Shown here piece after piece: positions 57,983 through 64,000 of a stretch of 64,000 nt of DNA. A program made the position numbers and the translations under genes. Numbering within the stretch: the first letter of the stretch is position 1; the number at the start of each line of letters is the position of its first letter. Where the stretch lies: positions 248,001 to 312,000 of IMG/VR virus record IMGVR_UViG_3300042482_000702; one strand, 5' to 3'. The notes below the pieces were generated by a model. The model had not been told where the DNA came from and searched no databases. It worked only from the letters and a program-made list of their open reading frames with translations.

Positions 57983-57990
57983 GTAGTATT

Positions 57991-58278
57991 ATGAAAAATA
58001 AAAAGTATTTTTTTGGGTGGGGAAACATTAGATGGTTCATTACTGAAATTGGAAAACAATACAGTAATTCAAAATCTTATTTTTCTAAAAAACGGGTTGA
58101 GTCCGGAATCGCATTTGGCGTGGGACAATTAGGTATGATATTTTTTTTAATTAAAAAATATGAAACATTAACAATGTCAGATGTCCTTATGTGGGCGGCG
58201 GTAGAATTCGCAATTGCCGGGTATATCGTAAATCAAATTCAAAAAGAAAAAAAGGAAGAAGAAGAAATTGTAGAATAA
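57991..58278 (+). CDS. Small two-TM membrane protein (holin-like)
   Basis: Two hydrophobic segments and a charged C-terminus. Confidence 0.5.
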   Translation: MKNKKYFFGWGNIRWFITEIGKQYSNSKSYFSKKRVESGIAFGVGQLGMIFFLIKKYETLTMSDVLMWAAVEFAIAGYIVNQIQKEKKEEEEIVE

Positions 58279-58305
58279 CAAATAACCCCCAATTAAGGGG
58301 GTTTT

Positions 58306-58959
58306 TTATTTATTGTTTTTAATCCTATTTTTCAACTCTCGTAATGCCGATATGGCTAATTCAGTATTATCAATATTACCATCTGGAGTCACTCTTATTG
58401 AGTCAACATCAGTAATACTAATGGGTGTTCCATCCGAAACCGGAACATCTTTAAATTTAGACACTCGTATTAAACTTTTTTTCTTATCTCGAATTTTAAG
58501 ATTATCTAACATTACTTCAGGACAACCGTTGTTTTCAACTGAACCTTTTACCGTTGGGCATTTATCGTCTTTATCTAAAACTCTGTCTCCATCAGTGTCG
58601 GGCCATGATATTGAGTAAGGTTTGGAATTTCTTATTATCTTTTCTAACTCATCAATTTGAGCAATTATTTCTTTTTCTCTCTCTATTCTTTTATTCGTAC
58701 ACTGTGATTGTCCATTAATCACTTCTTGGGTTAAATTACCGATTTTAAAGGACAAAGTATCCAATTGAGTATTCAGAGTTATTATTTCTTTTTTTTGTCT
58801 CTTAACGACTAAAATCAGTTGTGATGGGTCTGGTTTTAAAACCTCAATTATATCCGAACCAAATGTTATAAAAAAGGTTGATACACATAGAATAGTCAAA
58901 ACCCAAAGTCGTTGAGTGATTGAGAATAGCGAGATAATATCTTTAAAATACTGCATCAT
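58306..58959 (-). CDS. TM plus coiled-coil protein with a thrombospondin type-3 repeat
   Basis: [27 protein letters not shown], as in Bacteroidota OmpA-family proteins. Confidence 0.65.
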   Translation of the reverse strand: MMQYFKDIISLFSITQRLWVLTILCVSTFFITFGSDIIEVLKPDPSQLILVVKRQKKEIITLNTQLDTLSFKIGNLTQEVINGQSQCTNKRIEREKEIIAQIDELEKIIRNSKPYSISWPDTDGDRVLDKDDKCPTVKGSVENNGCPEVMLDNLKIRDKKKSLIRVSKFKDVPVSDGTPISITDVDSIRVTPDGNIDNTELAISALRELKNRIKNNK

Positions 58960-58970
58960 ATTAATAAATA

Positions 58971-59564
58971 TCAGTCATTCAGATATTCTAATAGTTTTTC
59001 TTTAACTCCGGATTGTTTGATTCCCTCATTTTCTCTTGGCGTATGAACAAAATTGGATAAACCCCATTTTCTATCAAACCCGTAAGAATCTTTTTCACCT
59101 AACTCTAAATCGTCGATACAAGCCCAATGTGTGATATCGGGATGGTCGGTTAGATATTGTCTAACTTCTATACATCTTTGTTGTTCATACATTGTACTTC
59201 GTTTCCATTCAAATTCATCTGGTTTATCACAACCGATGTATCGTTTGGTAAATGCGATTGGGGCTTTTAAGATTCCTTTTGATAGGTAGTATTCTCCGAT
59301 TTCTTCTAATGTTGCGTGTAATCTCCAATCAGATGAAACAACAAGTTCTGCTCCGGTTTCTTCTAATACTTGATTTAACACCTTAACCGCCTTCTTATCA
59401 AAATCATCAAATCGTACCTCAACTGGAGCCATTGTGTCGCTGGTAGCTTCAGGATTAAGTTTTTTATACTTCCTCCATTTTTTCATGCGACCACCCCAAT
59501 TATTGGAGAGACAGATAACACCATCGTTATCTAAAAATAGTACCGCTTTTTTATTTGTTTCCAT
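58971..59564 (-). CDS. HAD phosphatase (Swiss-Army-knife RNA-repair type)
   Basis: FLDNDGV, VVSSDWR, CIDD. Confidence 0.8.
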   Translation of the reverse strand: METNKKAVLFLDNDGVICLSNNWGGRMKKWRKYKKLNPEATSDTMAPVEVRFDDFDKKAVKVLNQVLEETGAELVVSSDWRLHATLEEIGEYYLSKGILKAPIAFTKRYIGCDKPDEFEWKRSTMYEQQRCIEVRQYLTDHPDITHWACIDDLELGEKDSYGFDRKWGLSNFVHTPRENEGIKQSGVKEKLLEYLND

Positions 59565-59937
59565 TTATATCTCTTTCCCAAATGTATTTTTTATACTCAC
59601 CTATTATTCTAATTTCATAAGGAACTCTTAAAACTGCTATTCCTACATTTGAAAAATGATTAACAAAATCCTCCATTCCTTCAGGAGACAAAGATAGTGA
59701 ACTTCTTCTACGTATCATCAACCATTCTAATTTATATTCTTCAATATATAGATATTTTCGTCTTTCTATTAAATCCCACAATAACTCGGGTGTTAAAAGA
59801 CCTATTTTCTCTAATGTTATAATCGCATTATGAATTGACCTATTCAAGGATTTTATATTTATAATTTTTCCTTTTGCTCGTTTATAACTCAATTTCTTTA
59901 TTGAGTCAAAACTTCTTACTTTAACAATTCCTTTCAT
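59551..59937 (-). CDS. Hypothetical protein
   Basis: ORF track. Confidence 0.5.
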   Translation of the reverse strand: MKGIVKVRSFDSIKKLSYKRAKGKIINIKSLNRSIHNAIITLEKIGLLTPELLWDLIERRKYLYIEEYKLEWLMIRRRSSLSLSPEGMEDFVNHFSNVGIAVLRVPYEIRIIGEYKKYIWERDINGNK

Positions 59938-60221
59938 TCTTCATTAAATTTACTTATTTCGTCCCAAATTTCTTGTGATGTTGAAACTTCACCCATTTCC
60001 ATAGTAAAACTCTTTAAACCTCTTCTATAATCATTACTAAACCATTTACCCTCACCATTTAATCTGACATAGGTTCTGAAACTATTTAAGTTCCAATGTG
60101 GTTTAATTTCACTATTTGGGTTATGAGCGCAATCACCATACCAAACATCAATACATCCCTCAACACAAGGAACTCTAGTGAATTTAACCCACCCTTCTTC
60201 TATTCTTTCCGGTGTTATCAT
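59934..60221 (-). CDS. Hypothetical protein
   Basis: ORF track. Confidence 0.55.
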   Translation of the reverse strand: MITPERIEEGWVKFTRVPCVEGCIDVWYGDCAHNPNSEIKPHWNLNSFRTYVRLNGEGKWFSNDYRRGLKSFTMEMGEVSTSQEIWDEISKFNEE

Positions 60222-60643
60222 AATTGAATAGGTTTAGCTAATTTCCAATAATCAATTGACCTAAATTCCTCATCAGTATCTACACAGGTTTTTATACTAT
60301 TTGATGTTACAAAAGTCCCTTTTGATATTGCAATTACATTTCTTCTTTTCCAATTTATACCATCCATACTAACCATCATTGGTATATTAACTAATTCAGG
60401 TAGTGTTTCTTTTTTTGATATAGGCATCGGCACTTCAAGTATACCCAATTCTTGAATGGGTTCTCTCTCCATAAAATACATAAATTCAAGACATTTATAA
60501 ACACTAACATTTTTTTCATAACAATCAAAAATATGATAGATGTAGTTTTTAAAATCCTCATCAGTGTATTTGGAATTGAGTTCAGTTCGTCTATCTTTTA
60601 ATCTCTGTAAGTATTCTTCAAATGTTTCTTTTTCCATTTCCAT
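60218..60643 (-). CDS. Hypothetical protein sharing a domain with 62387..62968
   Basis: ETFEEYLQRLKDRRTE...SVYKCLEFMYF. Confidence 0.6.
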   Translation of the reverse strand: MEMEKETFEEYLQRLKDRRTELNSKYTDEDFKNYIYHIFDCYEKNVSVYKCLEFMYFMEREPIQELGILEVPMPISKKETLPELVNIPMMVSMDGINWKRRNVIAISKGTFVTSNSIKTCVDTDEEFRSIDYWKLAKPIQL

Positions 60644-60853
60644 ATTATTAATTATCCTCCTCCCATTCGTCTTCTTCTTCCTCTTTAAGTTCGTTCGCCT
60701 TAATTATTTTTTCCTCCTTTAAATTATAAAGGACATCACCCAAACTATCCTGTGATAGGATATAGTTTTTAATTTCATCTATTGTAAATGTTCTGCTCAT
60801 AATGTATGTTATTTAAATCATTATATCGGTTTAGTGTCCGGAATAACGGACAT

Positions 60854-61111
60854 TTATATGTATGTATTAACTTTATACGCCTCATAATTATAGAGGTTTG
60901 ATGAATAATGGGGATACTTGGGGTCGACCAAATAATTAATAATATTACCCGTCTTCAGATTCTTACTTTCCCAAATGTATTGACCGGTTTCATTTAATTT
61001 TGGTAAAGTCATTACCTCACATTTAATTCCAACACCCAATTCATATTCATAATGAATATCACCAATTTTAATCTCCTCAACAATTACGTCTCCTTTTGTG
61101 TATGTCTTCAT
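60854..61111 (-). CDS. Hypothetical protein
   Basis: ORF track. Confidence 0.55.
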   Translation of the reverse strand: MKTYTKGDVIVEEIKIGDIHYEYELGVGIKCEVMTLPKLNETGQYIWESKNLKTGNIINYLVDPKYPHYSSNLYNYEAYKVNTYI

Positions 61112-61114
61112 ATA

Positions 61115-61606
61115 TTACGAGTTTAATATTCTTATTGCTTTATTTGTACATTCGTTTGTTAATCCATATCCGATATCTATTGAGTCGGGATGATTGATAT
61201 TATTTGCTGTCCTAACAAAATTTCCTCGTTGATGAGTTAAAAAATCGTTATCATCATCCAATATAACATAATTGGTAACATTTGGGTTCTCATCCAACCA
61301 TTGTTCTACTTCGTGACCTCTTTCAACATTGTCGTAAAATTCTGCTCTACCCTCATCAACAATCTGAACACAATCAACTGTTACATCAATTAATTCACCA
61401 GGAAGATTTCGGTCAATCCACATTTGTTTCATTCTTTCAAGTCCTGCAAATCTCCAAGTTGAGCTCATCACGATTTTGGCTCCCGTTTCATCAACGATTC
61501 TTTTAAGATTATCTACGAACTCGGGATGAAATAAACGACCATAATCATCGTGTCCGGGATACCCGACATTTAAAACACCATCTATATCTAAAAATATTAC
61601 TTTCAT
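61115..61606 (-). CDS. HAD phosphatase (Swiss-Army-knife RNA-repair type)
   Basis: IFLDIDGVL, IVMSSTWR, RGHEV, VILDD. Confidence 0.85.
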   Translation of the reverse strand: MKVIFLDIDGVLNVGYPGHDDYGRLFHPEFVDNLKRIVDETGAKIVMSSTWRFAGLERMKQMWIDRNLPGELIDVTVDCVQIVDEGRAEFYDNVERGHEVEQWLDENPNVTNYVILDDDNDFLTHQRGNFVRTANNINHPDSIDIGYGLTNECTNKAIRILNS

Positions 61607-61838
61607 TGTTTAACTCTTTTAAAATAACATTTTCTTAAAGCTACCGCATCATTTGTCTCAACAGCAACTAATTCCCACCCATCATCACCGAGTTTATTTA
61701 ATTTATCTGTACTAATAATACCCCATTCAATTTTATACTCCCACTTTACCATAACTTATTTCTTTTTAAATGGTTCAATAATAACAAATCTTATAAATAA
61801 CCCTGCAATTATTCCTAATAGACCAAACATAACTTCTC

Positions 61839-62099
61839 TCATATCTTATTTCTTTTTTCAAATAATTCTTTAGTGGTGAATGATGTAGCTTCGTCAAAAT
61901 CAGGTCTATCAAACCACACACCTTTTTGAGAACTTGGATAAAAATTATCCTCACACCAATCAACAAAATTAATACACTCTTTTTTTGAATACTCGAGAGC
62001 AATTGATTCAAGATGGTCAATTGTTTCTTTCGCCGATAATCCTGAATGGGCAAAAAACCCTAATTGCATTCCTAATCTATTTCTTAATTTTGAATCCAT
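61839..62099 (-). CDS. Hypothetical protein
   Basis: ORF track. Confidence 0.5.
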   Translation of the reverse strand: MDSKLRNRLGMQLGFFAHSGLSAKETIDHLESIALEYSKKECINFVDWCEDNFYPSSQKGVWFDRPDFDEATSFTTKELFEKRNKI

Positions 62100-62102
62100 A
62101 TC

Positions 62103-62390
62103 TTATTTATTTTTAAATTTTAAATATTGTTCATTATGTTCTTCTTCTAATTTTTCAGGGGCAAACTCTTCCCAATGCTCCACAATTCTTTGAGCACATA
62201 CCTTGTGTAATTCTTCCAAAAACGCAACACAAACATTACCTTCTAAAGCGTCAATATATCGATTGGCTTGTTCTTCGTAATCTGTATATGAACCGGTTTC
62301 ATTTGATATAATAGCTTCTTCTAATGATTCTTGTATCTGATGAAGAAATATATGAACATATATACGACTTCCTAATTTAATTGATTTCAT
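62103..62390 (-). CDS. Hypothetical protein
   Basis: ORF track. Confidence 0.5.
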   Translation of the reverse strand: MKSIKLGSRIYVHIFLHQIQESLEEAIISNETGSYTDYEEQANRYIDALEGNVCVAFLEELHKVCAQRIVEHWEEFAPEKLEEEHNEQYLKFKNK

Positions 62391-62926
62391 ATCTTATTTC
62401 TTTTTAAGTAGCCGATTTCCTCTCTTAATAATTGGATATCCTTTGCACCCTGCTCTTGTTGCCATTTAGCACCCATTAAAAATATATCATATTCTTCCAT
62501 TTTATAAGGGAACATTCTTTCAGCAGCTTCTTCAAGTGTTTCTTTTTTATGGTCTTGTATCAATTGCTTTATACCTTTCTTTTTTTCTTCGTTCCAAACT
62601 TGTTCTGGTTGAATCTCTTTTTCAGCAAAATACATAAACTCAAGACATTTATACACACTCATTCCACATCTCCAACTATCCATAATGTATTCATCGTACT
62701 TTTCAAAATCCTCGTCGGTATATTTGTAATTGTCCTCTGTTCGTCTATCTTTTAATCTTATCAAATATTCGTCAAATGTTTCATTATACAAACCTAAATC
62801 CTCGTCATCGTTCATCATATCAATTAGATGTTGTTTTTGTTCATCTTTAAGTGGAGAATGTTCCCAAGTATTTTGAAGACCATTTCCTAAATCATCGTAT
62901 TCCGGATTGTCATAACATTTACTCAT
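62387..62926 (-). CDS. Mosaic hypothetical protein (start likely MSKCYD)
   Basis: Domain shared with 60218, plus a KETLEEAAE...GAKWQ module. Confidence 0.55.
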   Translation of the reverse strand: MSKCYDNPEYDDLGNGLQNTWEHSPLKDEQKQHLIDMMNDDEDLGLYNETFDEYLIRLKDRRTEDNYKYTDEDFEKYDEYIMDSWRCGMSVYKCLEFMYFAEKEIQPEQVWNEEKKKGIKQLIQDHKKETLEEAAERMFPYKMEEYDIFLMGAKWQQEQGAKDIQLLREEIGYLKRNKI

Positions 62927-63008
62927 AATTATTTCTTTTATGGGACAAAGATAAACAAAAAACCCCAATAAAAAAATTATTGGGGTTAAAAATCATCATT
63001 ATAATTTA

Positions 63009-64000
63009 TTATTCAGATTTTATCTCTTCAAATTCAACATCAGACACATCAATATCGGATTCTGAACCATCACCTTCATTAACACTTGAGTATAAATCTT
63101 GAGATATTTGTTGGAACTTTTGAGACAATTCTTCCGACAATACCTTAACATTTTCAATATCTCTACTTGAATGAGCTTCTTTCAATTTATCCATTGATTC
63201 AGTTATTGTTGTTTTTTGTTCTTCAGAAATTTTATCTTCCAAATCCGTCAAAGATTTACCTGTTTGGAAAATCAGGTTGTCAGCAGAATTTAATGTATCC
63301 ACATCCTCTTTAAGTTTTTTGTCCGATTCAGCATTTTCTTCAGCCTCCAATTTCATTTTTTCAATTTCCTCTTGAGATAATCCTGAAGATGCCTCAATTC
63401 TGATTGATTGTGTTTTGTTTGTTGCTTTATCCACAGCGGAAACATTAATAATACCATTCGCATCAATATCAAAAATCACTTCAATTTGAGGTGTTCCTCT
63501 CATTGCCGGTGGTAACCCATCTAAATGGAATCTACCGATTGTTCTATTGTCTTTTGCCATTGGTCTCTCACCTTGTAATACATGGATTTCAACAGATGGT
63601 TGGTTATCAACAGCCGTTGAGAACACTTGAGATTTTTTAGTTGGAATTGTGGTGTTAGATTCAATAAGACGAGTTAAAACTCCCCCCATTGTTTCAATAC
63701 CTAATGATAGAGGAGTAACATCTAACAATAATACATCTTTCACATCACCAGCCAACACACCACCCTGAATAGCCGCTCCTAAAGCAACAACCTCATCCGG
63801 ATTAACACCTTTTGATGGTTCTTTACCGAAGAACTTTTTAACAGCTTCCTGTATTGCAGGGATTCTAGTAGAACCACCAACAAGGATAACCTCGTCAATA
63901 TCAGTAATCTTTAATTTAGCATTTTTCAATGCCGATTTACACGGAGCAATAGTTCGTTTAATCAAATCACTCGCAAGTTGCTCAAATTTAGCCCTTGTTA
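63009..64000 (-). CDS. dnaK: DnaK/Hsp70, C-terminal part (N-terminus outside window)
   Basis: [35 protein letters not shown]. Confidence 0.97.
   Translation of the reverse strand, partial: TRAKFEQLASDLIKRTIAPCKSALKNAKLKITDIDEVILVGGSTRIPAIQEAVKKFFGKEPSKGVNPDEVVALGAAIQGGVLAGDVKDVLLLDVTPLSLGIETMGGVLTRLIESNTTIPTKKSQVFSTAVDNQPSVEIHVLQGERPMAKDNRTIGRFHLDGLPPAMRGTPQIEVIFDIDANGIINVSAVDKATNKTQSIRIEASSGLSQEEIEKMKLEAEENAESDKKLKEDVDTLNSADNLIFQTGKSLTDLEDKISEEQKTTITESMDKLKEAHSSRDIENVKVLSEELSQKFQQISQDLYSSVNEGDGSESDIDVSDVEFEEIKSE

Noticed and set aside
1006-64000. Stop-codon reassignment
   Set aside because: Conserved genes are full length in code 11, smpB ends at TAG, and no suppressor tRNA was seen
63009-64000. 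Bacterial chromosome origin suggested by dnaK, clpC, smpB and ssrA
   Set aside because: Terminase, RNA ligase, tRNA arrays and mostly orphan ORFs indicate a jumbo phage

Overview
A 64-kb, AT-rich segment of a jumbo (T4-terminase-type) phage, almost certainly infecting Bacteroidota: TAnnTTTG/-33 TTTG host-type promoters recur throughout, alongside Bacteroidota-type lipoprotein, Fib_succ and TSP3 modules. It encodes a terminase large subunit, ClpC-like ATPase, DnaK (partial), tmRNA plus SmpB, a dispersed RNA end-healing/sealing kit (Rnl1-like ligase, kinase, phosphoesterase, cyclic-phosphate receiver, two HAD phosphatases), lysis-type genes, large Pro/Thr-rich virion proteins and 26 tRNAs covering all 20 amino acids. 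The most unusual content is non-coding. (i) A ~920-nt highly structured RNA (GOLLD-like candidate) with its own promoter and terminator. (ii) Two circularly permuted, Y-RNA-like tRNA mimics. (iii) A three-copy pseudoknotted RNA scaffold carrying variable inserts. (iv) About ten more stem-closed ncRNA candidates interleaved with the tRNAs. (v) Leader-peptide attenuators and boxA-like signals ahead of the tRNA arrays. (vi) tRNAs with co-varied, rewired elbows. (vii) A tmRNA with a long non-canonical tag. A probable DGR variable region ends the largest virion gene. All calls are by eye; no searches or folding were run.
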